Part shown: positions 28,653 through 37,994 of the stretch, in pieces | Numbering within the stretch: the first letter of the stretch is position 1 | Layout: the number at the start of each line of letters is the position of its first letter | Assembly: GCA_965215565.1 (NCBI GenBank) | Contig: CBDCDZ010000004.1 | Span: forward strand, 3,584,001-3,648,000 | Direction: 5' to 3' | Length of the DNA stretch: 64,000 bases | Origin: Trueperaceae bacterium | Lineage (GTDB): Bacteria > Deinococcota > Deinococci > Deinococcales > Trueperaceae | Program-made: the position numbers and the translations under genes | Notes under the pieces: generated by a model | The model's input: only the letters and a program-made list of their open reading frames with translations | Told to the model about the DNA's origin: nothing | Databases searched by the model: none

Positions 28653-29771
28653 GTGAGTACGGTTTATCCCAACCTAGAAGCGATGAATCAACTTAGCGCA
28701 GACGCTCCCAAAGTCCTCTGCGCGATGTCGGGCGGTGTGGACTCGTCTGTCGCGACCTCTCTACTCCAAGAGAGAGGCTTCGAGGTGGTGGGCTCCATGC
28801 TGCGCTTCTGGCCCGATGACCGTCCGCGCGGGTCCTTCGACCTCTGCTGCAGCCCCGGCGCAGCTTATGACGCGCGACGCATCGCGGATAAGATCGATGT
28901 GCCCTTTTACCTTTTGGACTACCGCGACAAGTTCGACGAAATCGTTATCGACCCCTTTATCCCGACCTATCAGAAAGGGGAGACGCCCAACCCCTGTGTC
29001 TGGTGCAACCGCGACATCAAGTTCGGCTCGTTCGTGAAGCGGGCGCAGATGCTCGGCTGCGAGTTCATGGCAACGGGTCACTACGTGCGCCGCGTGGACG
29101 GACCGAATGGCGTTGAACTCCACCGTGGGCGCGATGACTCCAAGGACCAAACCTACTTTTTGTGGGCGTTGCCCCGCGAGATTTTGCCGTACCTCTTGTT
29201 TCCATTAGGTGAACTCACTAAAGATGAGGTGCGCGAGATGGCTTCTGAACGCGACTTCATGGTGGCGGAGAAGAAGTCCTCGAGCGGCCTATGCTTCATC
29301 ACCTCTTCGGTCAAGAACTACCTCGCAGAGTTCAGCGAGCCCAACCCTGGTCCGATTCTTGATGCTTTAGATGGTTATAAAGAGATCGGTCAGCATAACG
29401 GCGTCCAGTTCTACACCATCGGGCAACGCAAAGGCCTAGGGCTTTATCACTCGCACTTGGAGCGCTTCGTCGTGGATATTCGCGGTGAAGATAATACCAT
29501 CGTCGTCGGTAGTAGAGAGATGTGCTACGCCGACAAACTCCGCGCTCACAAGGCGAGCTTTTTGACCGATGTCGATAAGCTGCCAACTCGAGTGATGGCG
29601 CAAACACGCTATAGACAAAAACCTGTGGGGGCGCGGCTCGAGCTGTTAGGCGACACCTCTTTTGAGCTTCACTTTGACGAGCCCACCTTTGCGATTACCA
29701 AAGGGCAGTCGGCGGTGGTGTATGACGGGGAGAGGTTGTTGGGTGGTGGGGTGATTCAGGAGCGGTTGTAG
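28653..29771 (+). CDS. mnmA: tRNA 2-thiouridylase MnmA
   Basis: AMSGGVDSSV, TPNPCVWCN, ATGHY, KDQTYFL, YTIGQRKGLG, GQSAVVY. Confidence 0.97.
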   Translation: MSTVYPNLEAMNQLSADAPKVLCAMSGGVDSSVATSLLQERGFEVVGSMLRFWPDDRPRGSFDLCCSPGAAYDARRIADKIDVPFYLLDYRDKFDEIVIDPFIPTYQKGETPNPCVWCNRDIKFGSFVKRAQMLGCEFMATGHYVRRVDGPNGVELHRGRDDSKDQTYFLWALPREILPYLLFPLGELTKDEVREMASERDFMVAEKKSSSGLCFITSSVKNYLAEFSEPNPGPILDALDGYKEIGQHNGVQFYTIGQRKGLGLYHSHLERFVVDIRGEDNTIVVGSREMCYADKLRAHKASFLTDVDKLPTRVMAQTRYRQKPVGARLELLGDTSFELHFDEPTFAITKGQSAVVYDGERLLGGGVIQERL

Positions 29772-29855
29772 ATTCAGAAGCTGACAAAAGCGCATCCGAG
29801 AAGAGGTGCGCTTTTTTTGCACAACCTCTCATCTCTTTTTGAGATACAATGTGAT

Positions 29856-30143
29856 GTGCATGTCCTCAGCAAAAGAGCGCTTGTCGCTTTTTGGAAGAAA
29901 CATCCTAAGAGCGAAGCTCCGCTCGAGCGGTGGTACAAAGTTGTTAGCAAAACTGACTTCAAGACGTTCAGCGAGTTGCGCAAAGCATTTCCTAGCGTAG
30001 ATAAAGTAGGGGATTTGTTCGTCTTCAACATCGGCGGCAACAACTATCGGCTCATCGCGGCGATACATTTTGACCGAGGCAAACTTTTCATTCGTCACGT
30101 TTTGACGCACAGAGAGTACGATGAAGAAAGGTGGAAGACATGA
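29856..30143 (+). CDS. higB: HigB-family toxin
   Basis: MHVLSK, FPSVDKVG, VFNIGGNNYRLI, VLTHREYD; GTG 5 nt after TACAAT. Confidence 0.92.
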   Translation: MHVLSKRALVAFWKKHPKSEAPLERWYKVVSKTDFKTFSELRKAFPSVDKVGDLFVFNIGGNNYRLIAAIHFDRGKLFIRHVLTHREYDEERWKT

Positions 30144-30532
30144 GTATTGCAGAGCTAGAAACGCACTGGTCAGCCGTTCGACCTCTTCTCTCGGTTCACA
30201 CCGAAGAAGACTACGATAGAGCAGTTGTCTATCTCAATGAGCTTATTGATGAAGTCGGCATGGATGAGACTCACCCTCTTTACGACCTTTTAGACACACT
30301 TGGCACGGTTTTACACAGCTACGAAGAGGTGCACTACAAAATCCCTGATGTTTCTGGACGAGAGATGCTCCGGTATTTTATGGAAGAGCACGACCTTACT
30401 CAGTCCGATTTGCCTGAAGTCGGTTCTCAAGGCGTGGTATCTGAGCTATTAAGCGGCAAACGTGAACTCAATGCGCGGCACATGCGGGTGTTGGCTGAGC
30501 GGTTTGGTGTGTCGCCAGCGGTGTTTCTCTAA
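30140..30532 (+). CDS. higA: HigA-family antitoxin with C-terminal HTH
   Basis: EEDYDRA, YEE.HY, LTQSDLPEVGSQGVVSELLSGKRELN; ATGA overlap with higB. Confidence 0.92.
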   Translation: MSIAELETHWSAVRPLLSVHTEEDYDRAVVYLNELIDEVGMDETHPLYDLLDTLGTVLHSYEEVHYKIPDVSGREMLRYFMEEHDLTQSDLPEVGSQGVVSELLSGKRELNARHMRVLAERFGVSPAVFL

Positions 30533-30672
30533 AAAGTGAATTACTTCGGTGAGCAAATTGATAGCCGCTCAACTGACTCATCGCTTATACTGTAGGCAAC
30601 GGTTAAGAATCTAGTTACTGATTCACCTACTTGACAGACCTTGTAGAATAACGTTACTGAAAGGAGGTTAGA

Positions 30673-31089
30673 GTGAGCACACCGTCACTCCTCCAACCAC
30701 GACAGGTTAAACAACTCGCTTCGCCTCATTCTGCTAAGCCTCCGCACCTGTATCACTTAGCACAGAGAGCCGAGAGGTTAGCCGTGCTCGTTGAAGAGGA
30801 TTGGGATTCGCTTTCGGATGAGATGAAGCATCTGCTGACATGTCTTGCTTATGATTCGCTCGAGCAGCCTCGCTTCTCGCTCAAGCACCTCTTCTTACGT
30901 CTGCGCTGGTCTTGGATGGTTGCGTTCGATGATGAAGAAGCATTGTTACAATACCGCGCGTCCTTCATGAGGTTGAGGAATGCCGTACTGGACACCATTG
31001 AAAGCGAGAATGAGGACTACCAGGCTGACTTAGCGGAAGCGTTGTCGTCTTTGAGCTTTGATCCTAACGCTGGTAGAAGAGTTAGATAG
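30673..31089 (+). CDS. Hypothetical helical protein (possible antitoxin)
   Basis: Strong AAGGAGGT RBS; acidic helical C-terminus; convergent with the RelE-like gene. Confidence 0.7.
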   Translation: MSTPSLLQPRQVKQLASPHSAKPPHLYHLAQRAERLAVLVEEDWDSLSDEMKHLLTCLAYDSLEQPRFSLKHLFLRLRWSWMVAFDDEEALLQYRASFMRLRNAVLDTIESENEDYQADLAEALSSLSFDPNAGRRVR

Positions 31090-31092
31090 TCG

Positions 31093-31524
31093 TTAGGTGA
31101 TAGAGCGTATTATCCGAGCAATTTCTGCGTCACTAGGTCTTTTTGGATACTCTGCATGAGTGTAAATCCAAAACGGCTGAACGACTTTGTGAGTTTCGCT
31201 GATAAGATACATAATTCTGCCAAGTCGAGCTGGTTTCTCTAATTCAGGAACCTGAAAGTAGAATTTCCAAAATTCCCAGTCAGTCTGCTGGATATTTGCG
31301 GGTAAAGGTTCGGGTTCTAACCTTTGGATGTCTCTGATGACTTCGCGTGCTCGAGGTGGATTTTCTTTGGGAGCATAGGCTAGGACGGTGTAAATGTTTT
31401 CCAACAGCTCATCAAATTTCTCTTTACCTTTAGCATTTTTTCTATAGTGAGTTTTGACGAGCCTCTCATACGTTCTGTCAAAGTGTGGTTGTATGTTGAC
31501 GCGGTAAGGAGGGTCACTGCTCAC
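31093..31524 (-). CDS. RelE/ParE-superfamily-like toxin
   Basis: YRV...HFDR.YERL N-terminus; FWKFYF...GRIMYLI...PFWIYTHAEY C-terminal strands; GAGGT RBS. Confidence 0.65.
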   Translation of the reverse strand: MSSDPPYRVNIQPHFDRTYERLVKTHYRKNAKGKEKFDELLENIYTVLAYAPKENPPRAREVIRDIQRLEPEPLPANIQQTDWEFWKFYFQVPELEKPARLGRIMYLISETHKVVQPFWIYTHAEYPKRPSDAEIARIIRSIT

Positions 31525-31567
31525 AACTATTTACCTCAAGGGAAAGAAAGGCGCTAAAATACCCGCC

Positions 31568-32425
31568 TTAGCAAAATTTACACTTGCCTAATTGGAGGTC
31601 ATCCGCAAGCCAACTATGAGTGGCAGTAGCTACCTCATTTGGGTTGGCTATATCAACTTCTTTGTATAGCCGCCCAACGAAATCAGTTGGGAGTTGCTCA
31701 ATCGTCTTGTCTTTCAAAAGAGCGCACCTACGACCCGTCATAAGCATTGCCCCAACTTCTATGATGAGGTTGTGATTGAGTCCTCTTTCTACGGTATCTT
31801 CGAAAATACCGATTCCATACTGGCAAGCCCATATGTGAGCAGCAACGTTGCCGTGTAAGTCGTCGTCAATCTGGCGGTCTGACGCCATGTGAAATACAAG
31901 ACCGTGTTGATCTACAACCTCTCGTATGGTGTCAACCGCGCCACGAACGGGGTCATTTGTTTTTGAAGGATATCGCGTCATACAAAAGACGTTATGCTCA
32001 AAGGGAAATTCTTGTAAAAATCTAGCGATGCCTGGTGTCCACTTCGCGGGGGCAAAAAACGGAGCTACAACAGAGTGAAGAGCTTGTCCAAATTCGCTAC
32101 CTGGTGAACCTATCAGTTCAACCTCGATAGCCCCAATATCTAATTCTTCCACAAGCTCCTCTGCGGTTTGTTTACCAAGAGGAGAAAGAGACCAGCCCTT
32201 ACTATTCTTCTGCTTCAGCGTGAGTTCTTCTTTAGCAAGTGCTTGAAGTTCGCGAGGAATATTTGCAGGTTGTGGGATATAAAGTGCTTCGAAGAGGCTA
32301 CCAAGTTCCGATGGGCTAAACCAGCCGGAGCTTTTTCGAAGCTCGAGAACCCGTCCAATCACAAGCACCTTGTCTCTCGCTCGAGGTAGCTGCTGAATCG
32401 CTAGGGCTATGTTTGTCCGGCTCAG
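31568..32425 (-). CDS. N-terminal winged helix + C-terminal TIR/NDT-like nucleotide-binding protein
   Basis: WSLSPLG wing; NVFCMTRY, CQYGIGIF, NHNLIIEVG, LPTDFVG..Y. ORF track start is 32368; the frame is open to a CTG at 32425. Confidence 0.7.
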   Translation of the reverse strand: MSRTNIALAIQQLPRARDKVLVIGRVLELRKSSGWFSPSELGSLFEALYIPQPANIPRELQALAKEELTLKQKNSKGWSLSPLGKQTAEELVEELDIGAIEVELIGSPGSEFGQALHSVVAPFFAPAKWTPGIARFLQEFPFEHNVFCMTRYPSKTNDPVRGAVDTIREVVDQHGLVFHMASDRQIDDDLHGNVAAHIWACQYGIGIFEDTVERGLNHNLIIEVGAMLMTGRRCALLKDKTIEQLPTDFVGRLYKEVDIANPNEVATATHSWLADDLQLGKCKFC

Positions 32426-33024
32426 GATTCTTCTCCCGAAGATAATCTTCTGACCAAGTCTTTAGCTTCTTCAAGAGCTGAGCGCGGAGCTTTAAGCTCT
32501 CTTTTTTGTCCTGAACCCTTGAAACGAAGAGAATTTATTGATGTAATCGCTTTGGAGAAATTTGGTGCGTCAAACGGTCCTAAATTGATACACGCTTCGC
32601 GGACTTCACTAATAGGTGTCCATTCCTCGAGATTAGAGTACTGGCGTGCCACAGTAACGAGTAAAGCAATCTCTTTCATTGCACCTGCTGTGGATTTATC
32701 AAGTTGCCGGGGGCTGATGATTAGTTCTAAATGCTCGCCGTCAAAGTCAAATACCTCTTTAACTTGCTCCAGGGAAACTTCCAAAGAATCGGCTAGCTGA
32801 GAGAGAGGTGTATCATTTCCACCCCGATTGGGTTGTGATTTGGAGGTAGAGAAAGCATTATTCTGTGTATCGTTGGTTGAGCTTATGCTTGCTCCTTGAT
32901 AAAGAATGTCTATAGTTTTTGTAAAGGCGACATCCCGCAAATCTTTCGGGATTTTCTCCTCTTCAATTAGCTCTCCAACCAGCGTAGAAGCTTCGATTAG
33001 CAGCTCCTTAATATTAGTATTCAT
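32422..33024 (-). CDS. Hypothetical protein with probable C-terminal winged helix
   Basis: N-terminal helical DLRDVAFTK block, linker, then W.PISEVREAC...D.PNFSKAI. Confidence 0.75.
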   Translation of the reverse strand: MNTNIKELLIEASTLVGELIEEEKIPKDLRDVAFTKTIDILYQGASISSTNDTQNNAFSTSKSQPNRGGNDTPLSQLADSLEVSLEQVKEVFDFDGEHLELIISPRQLDKSTAGAMKEIALLVTVARQYSNLEEWTPISEVREACINLGPFDAPNFSKAITSINSLRFKGSGQKRELKAPRSALEEAKDLVRRLSSGEES

Positions 33025-33415
33025 ATTTTTTGCTATCCCTTCGTAAATTAGAGTAGGCTTATTTCTTGCTTCCAGATAGGATTTTTAGGTTTTTAGAAGA
33101 TAAGAAGAGCGTAGTTACTAAAATTTATTATAATTTTTCATGCGCAATCTATTTCATCAGATTCTTTTCACTTCAAGCAATTTCAAGGAAAATACTTAGT
33201 TAAAGTTGAATAGAGGCGCAAAAGTCCTTGCATTTGACCATCTAATCTCAAATTCTCCGATATTTAAGTTGAAATCCTTCTGAGCTTGTTTACCTCCTAC
33301 ACACAATCGCTAAGAGCAAACCTAAATAATCCCTCAGAAGATATTAGCACTTCTACACATATTAATCAATACGCAGCTTGGCTCGTCAATCTTTACTAAT
33401 CTAAAATCGATACGA

Positions 33416-35095
33416 CTAATTAGCCCATTTTGGAAAAACGAGCTTGCTAGCTTGGACGTGTTTATCAGCAGGGTAGGCTACCAATTTTAATCTTCTCAGA
33501 TTTGCCAACGCTCGGCTAAACGCACTCGAGTCCTCCGAACGGTCAACGCGCTTCGCAAGTCCTCTGCGGCTTAGGGAGGAGGGATGCACTTCGATAAGCT
33601 CTTCTAAGAGCTGGCGTTCGTATGAGCGCAAGTAGGAGAACCAGCGTTCGTGCAAGTCTGCTAACGTTGCTGGTTTGCTAGGCGCGGGTATGCTGGCTCG
33701 TCCTTGCTCAGTGAGCGCGACTTGTCCCCCTGAAGGATAGACAACGAAACCGTCGCTATGCAGAGATGCGATGTGTCGACTGAACGCGCTCGATTTTGGG
33801 CTTTGCTCAGAGAGCACCGCGAGTGTAGAGCGGTCAAGGCTAGGAACATCTAAAAGTTCCATCTCTGCGAGAACATGCAAGATACGGCGTCGAGGATCGT
33901 CCGAGACTTGCTTAGCTACTGCTGAATTAGTTGGAACTGAAGCTATCCCTATTTGGTGTTTGCTCTGATGATCCGAAGTAGGCAAGCCTCGAGCAACTTC
34001 ACTGTCAGCTCTACCCAAGCGAGAGTCTTGTGAGATGTGAGCTGGTACAAGCTGCGCCGATTCCACGATAACGTTGTCTGCAAGTATTCGAATCTGCTCT
34101 AAAGTACTCTCTATATTCGTGGGGAGAGGTTTGACGGCTCTCTCCATCTCACGCTTCTCCGCCTTTTGTAGAGCGCGAGACTGGGCAGGGGCTCGAACTT
34201 TCTCATTGACCTCTTCCTCGGACGGCGCATCCTGATAACCGAGTCGGAGGTGCTCCAAAAGGTCGCCTAACTTTCTACTTGCGGGCGGTGTTGGGGGGGT
34301 AAGTTGCCCCGGCGCAGGGTGCGTACTTTTAGTGGCAACCGAACGAACTTTGACAACCTCTTGACTGAGCGCAGGACCGAAGGCGAAAAATTCTCCTGGC
34401 TCGAGGGTTTTCAGCTGCCGCCTTTCCTGCATGTTAAAACCAAGCTCCTCCGAAGCGCGTTTCATATCGTTGCCTAAAGTGGTGAGTCCGATAAGGCGAT
34501 TTGAACACATAGCGAGAAGGTTTTTGTTTAAGAGAGCTAGACGCTGAGTCGCCACAACAAGCCCGAAACCTCGTTTGCGACCACGCATCGCTAAGTCAGT
34601 CAGAGTATCAAGGGATGCACTGCCCGTATTAACTTGAGGCGCTAATGTCTGTGCCTCGTCAACGATAACGAGAACGTATCGCCAAGCATCTCGAGAAAGG
34701 CTCATGAGCCCGCGAATCACAGCCGCGCAGATGAAATCGCGCTCTTCGCCTCCAAATTCGCTCAAATCCAGTATGATACTGACGCCTTCAGCGATAAGGA
34801 GACGTGCGGTATTCTCTGCATTTTCTGGCGCGATATCTAAATCTCCGTCTCGCGCCTCGAGAATAATGTAATCATCGAAGACTTCGCGAAGTGTACGGAA
34901 CTCCCCTTCGGGGTCGATGATCAGGTGCTGTACATGTCCGTGAGTGCCCTCAATGAGCGTCCTAAGCAACCAAGACTTACCACTACCAGAGTTGCCTTGT
35001 ATTGCCAATCTGTGTGCTAAAAGACCCTCAAGATTTGCGACAACACCTTTCTTATCATTTGGGTCAAACGATAAAGTAGGTGTAGTGCCTTTCAT
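33416..35095 (-). CDS. HerA/DUF87-like P-loop ATPase with tandem C-terminal winged helices
   Basis: GNSGSGKS Walker A, IIDPEGEF, IVDEAQ Walker B, RGRKRG Arg finger, ATQR; two repeats S.S.AFSR..A.L...G.V.YP; GAGGTG RBS. Confidence 0.85.
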   Translation of the reverse strand: MKGTTPTLSFDPNDKKGVVANLEGLLAHRLAIQGNSGSGKSWLLRTLIEGTHGHVQHLIIDPEGEFRTLREVFDDYIILEARDGDLDIAPENAENTARLLIAEGVSIILDLSEFGGEERDFICAAVIRGLMSLSRDAWRYVLVIVDEAQTLAPQVNTGSASLDTLTDLAMRGRKRGFGLVVATQRLALLNKNLLAMCSNRLIGLTTLGNDMKRASEELGFNMQERRQLKTLEPGEFFAFGPALSQEVVKVRSVATKSTHPAPGQLTPPTPPASRKLGDLLEHLRLGYQDAPSEEEVNEKVRAPAQSRALQKAEKREMERAVKPLPTNIESTLEQIRILADNVIVESAQLVPAHISQDSRLGRADSEVARGLPTSDHQSKHQIGIASVPTNSAVAKQVSDDPRRRILHVLAEMELLDVPSLDRSTLAVLSEQSPKSSAFSRHIASLHSDGFVVYPSGGQVALTEQGRASIPAPSKPATLADLHERWFSYLRSYERQLLEELIEVHPSSLSRRGLAKRVDRSEDSSAFSRALANLRRLKLVAYPADKHVQASKLVFPKWAN

Positions 35096-35193
35096 GTGCT
35101 CACCTCAACTTATACAAGTCTAGCACGATATTTGGGCGATTTACAGTTCATGCATAACTCCAAACATCGTTTCTTTCAGAGAAACTATCCACA

Positions 35194-35231
35194 GAAAAAG
35201 ACCCCCACTCGAGCCTCGAGCAGGGGTCTCA
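35194..35231 (-). terminator. rpsA terminator
   Basis: aaaaagacccc...ggggtctc hairpin with a U-run on the minus strand. Confidence 0.7.
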
Positions 35232-35253
35232 ATATTAAACTAGTTACTAGAGC

Positions 35254-37692
35254 TTACGCCTCAGAAGTCTCCTTCTCAGCTTCTTCTGTTTGCTCTCGCT
35301 CCTCTTGCTGCGCCGGACGCCTCCCCTGACGGAACGCAGCGGTCAGCATCGCAGCGGCTTCGGCAGCGTCAATAGCGTTCTCAGGGTCCTCTTCAGTCTC
35401 TTCAGAAGAGGTCTGCTCGGCTTGAGGTTGAGCGTCGGCTTGTTGCGCGGGTTCAGCTTGCGCTTCGGTCTCTTGCGTATCGGCTTGCGCGGGAACTTGC
35501 TCTTCAAGCTCCTGCTCATTTACCTCGGCAACCTCTTCGACCTCAGCGGTCAAGGGCTCGGCGCTCGGCTGCGTGTCGGGCGCGGAGGTCTGCTCTTGCG
35601 CCTGCGGACCTTCTTCGCTCTTCTGCTCTTCAGAGCCGCCCGTGTCGCCTAAGCCGAACTGCGCGAAGAGGTCGGCGTAGACGTCGCCCAACTTGGTGGT
35701 AGTCTTCGCGCCTGAATCAGAAGCGGCGTAGGAGTAATCGTAGTCGATACCCTGGCTGCGACGTCCACCCCGGCGACCTTTGCGTCCGCCACGGTTCGAA
35801 GGTGCGCCTGAGGGAGCGCCCATGCCCATGTCGTCGCCAGCAGAGAAGGGCAGGAGGCGTTTACGCGACAAGCTGGCGCGTTGCTCGATGGGATCGATGT
35901 TGAGGATCACAGCGGTAACTTCATCACCACGGCTGAAGTGCTGCGAGACGTCGTCGATGTGCTCGTGCGCCAGCTCGCTGATGTGGACCAAGCCCTCAAT
36001 GCCCTCTTCTATTTCCATAAAGACGCCGAACTCGGTCATACCCGTGATAGGTCCGGTGATTTCGGTACCGGGCGGGAAGCGGTCGGGCAGGCTGCTCCAG
36101 GGATCGGGTTGTGTCTGGCGCAAACCTAGTGAGATGCGCTGCTGCGCGACGTCTATTTTGAGGATCATCGCCTCGACGTCTTGACCCTCTTCTAAGACCT
36201 CTTTCGGGTGGCGGATGCGCTTCGTCCAGCTCATCTCGGAGACGTGGATGAGTCCTTCTAGACCCGACTCGATCTCGACGAACGCGCCGAAAGGCGTGAG
36301 GTTCGTGACTTTGCCCTCGATCCTTTGACCGATGCTGAAGTTCGCCAGCACGTTCTCCCAGGGGTCAGCGCGTAAGGACTTCATGGACAAGTTGATGCGC
36401 TCGCGTTCCAAGTCCATGTCTAAAACTTCGACGCGGACCTTCTGACCGACTTCTAAGACCTCTTTGGGGTGATTGAAGCGTCCGTAGGAGATTTCACTGC
36501 GGTGGACTAAACCGTCGATGCCGCCCAAGTTGACAAACGCGCCGAAGTCGGTGATTTCGACAACTTCGCCCTCGAGCTTCGCGCCCGGCTCCAACTTGCG
36601 AAGCGTCTCCTCTTTTTGCCCCGCGACCTCTTCTTCGATGATGCTGCGACGCGAGATAATGACGCGGTTGCGCTTGCGGTTCAGCTCGATGATGCGCACC
36701 TTGAGGCGCTTGCCGACGAAGGGCGCTAAATCGTTGACGCGGCGCACGTCCACCTGGCTTGCAGGCAAGAACGCACGCACGCCCAAGTTCGCGACTAAGC
36801 CGCCGCGCACCTTCTCGACGATTTCAACCTCGACGGGCATTCCTTTATCGTAAATGTCCTGCAAGAGGTTCCAAGCGCGTTCTTGATCGGCGCGTTTTTT
36901 GGACAAGATAATGGTGTTGTTCGGAATGTCCACGCGGATGGCGTAAACTTGCAGTTCGTCGCCGGCTTTGAAATACTTGGCAGCTTCTTCGGCGTTCGCT
37001 TCGAACTCGAAAAGCTGGTTGTAGGGAACCAGACCCTCGATCTTCGCACCGACGTCCACGACGAGACCATCTTGCGACAACATGATGACGGTGCCGTTGG
37101 TCAGCGTGCCTCTATGGATGGGTTTGCGAGCGAGCTGCTCATCGCTCGCTGCCATGACCTCTTCCATCGTCATGTTGTTGCCACTATCATCTATGGTGTC
37201 GTCTATACCGTCGTCTGCGCCGGTATTCTCAGCGGTATCCGTGGTCTCACCGGCAGTGCTGTCGGTTGCGCTCAAGACTTGTTCAGCAGCGCCTTCTACG
37301 CCTGCCGAGGTCTCCGAGGTGGCGGCGCTTCCCTCTCCGTCTGAATGCGGCGCAACGTCGCTTGTAATGCGGACGCTCCCGGTGCCAGGGTCCGCTTCGG
37401 TTTGCGCTGTATCTTGCTGCGCCGCGTCCTGCTGCGCTGTGTCTTGTTGTGCCGTATCTTGCACACCTGTATCTTGTACGGAGGCTTCGTCAAGTCCGGT
37501 TACGGCTTCAGCGGTCTCGTCGAGCGCACTTTCAGAGCGTTCGCTTTGAGTATCGGTTTGAGCCACTGCCTCGCTTGCACCCTGCTCAGCATCCGCAGAT
37601 GGGGTCTGTTCAGAACGGTCGCTCGTGGCTTGAGAGGTGGTGGAGACGCCTTCTAGGGTGCTGTCTCCAGCCTGGTTTAATTTATCGTCCAT
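35254..37692 (-). CDS. rpsA: 30S ribosomal protein S1 with long acidic terminal extensions
   Basis: Five S1 repeats ([54 protein letters not shown]); AGGAGG RBS. Confidence 0.96.
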   Translation of the reverse strand: MDDKLNQAGDSTLEGVSTTSQATSDRSEQTPSADAEQGASEAVAQTDTQSERSESALDETAEAVTGLDEASVQDTGVQDTAQQDTAQQDAAQQDTAQTEADPGTGSVRITSDVAPHSDGEGSAATSETSAGVEGAAEQVLSATDSTAGETTDTAENTGADDGIDDTIDDSGNNMTMEEVMAASDEQLARKPIHRGTLTNGTVIMLSQDGLVVDVGAKIEGLVPYNQLFEFEANAEEAAKYFKAGDELQVYAIRVDIPNNTIILSKKRADQERAWNLLQDIYDKGMPVEVEIVEKVRGGLVANLGVRAFLPASQVDVRRVNDLAPFVGKRLKVRIIELNRKRNRVIISRRSIIEEEVAGQKEETLRKLEPGAKLEGEVVEITDFGAFVNLGGIDGLVHRSEISYGRFNHPKEVLEVGQKVRVEVLDMDLERERINLSMKSLRADPWENVLANFSIGQRIEGKVTNLTPFGAFVEIESGLEGLIHVSEMSWTKRIRHPKEVLEEGQDVEAMILKIDVAQQRISLGLRQTQPDPWSSLPDRFPPGTEITGPITGMTEFGVFMEIEEGIEGLVHISELAHEHIDDVSQHFSRGDEVTAVILNIDPIEQRASLSRKRLLPFSAGDDMGMGAPSGAPSNRGGRKGRRGGRRSQGIDYDYSYAASDSGAKTTTKLGDVYADLFAQFGLGDTGGSEEQKSEEGPQAQEQTSAPDTQPSAEPLTAEVEEVAEVNEQELEEQVPAQADTQETEAQAEPAQQADAQPQAEQTSSEETEEDPENAIDAAEAAAMLTAAFRQGRRPAQQEEREQTEEAEKETSEA
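37402..37476 (-). repeat. 5 x 15-bp tandem repeat encoding QDTAQ-like units in S1
   Basis: [25 protein letters not shown]. Confidence 0.85.
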
Positions 37693-37994
37693 TATGTGGG
37701 GTTTCCTCCTTGCCTGGTAAAGAGCAACGCTTTATCTAATCTCGAGCGGGGTGAAAACGCATTGTCACAGAGTAATGAAGATGTTTTGCCCAGCCCCGGC
37801 GTCGTTGATTAGCACAGCATTGGCTCGCCCAGGTGAATACCTTTTATTATATACCCTTCATGCGCCTCTAGTAAAGGGCTCGCAGCGCGAAAGATAAAGT
37901 GTGAGGTTCATGCGTCGGTTGTAGCAGCAGGGCGAAGAGGTGCTTGGGGAGGGCTCGAGCAACCCATTCAAACCTGATTTAGCCAATATTTAGG

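Noticed and set aside
29772..35193. Integrative element with att sites
   Set aside because: Composition shift only; no recombinase or flanking direct repeats seen.
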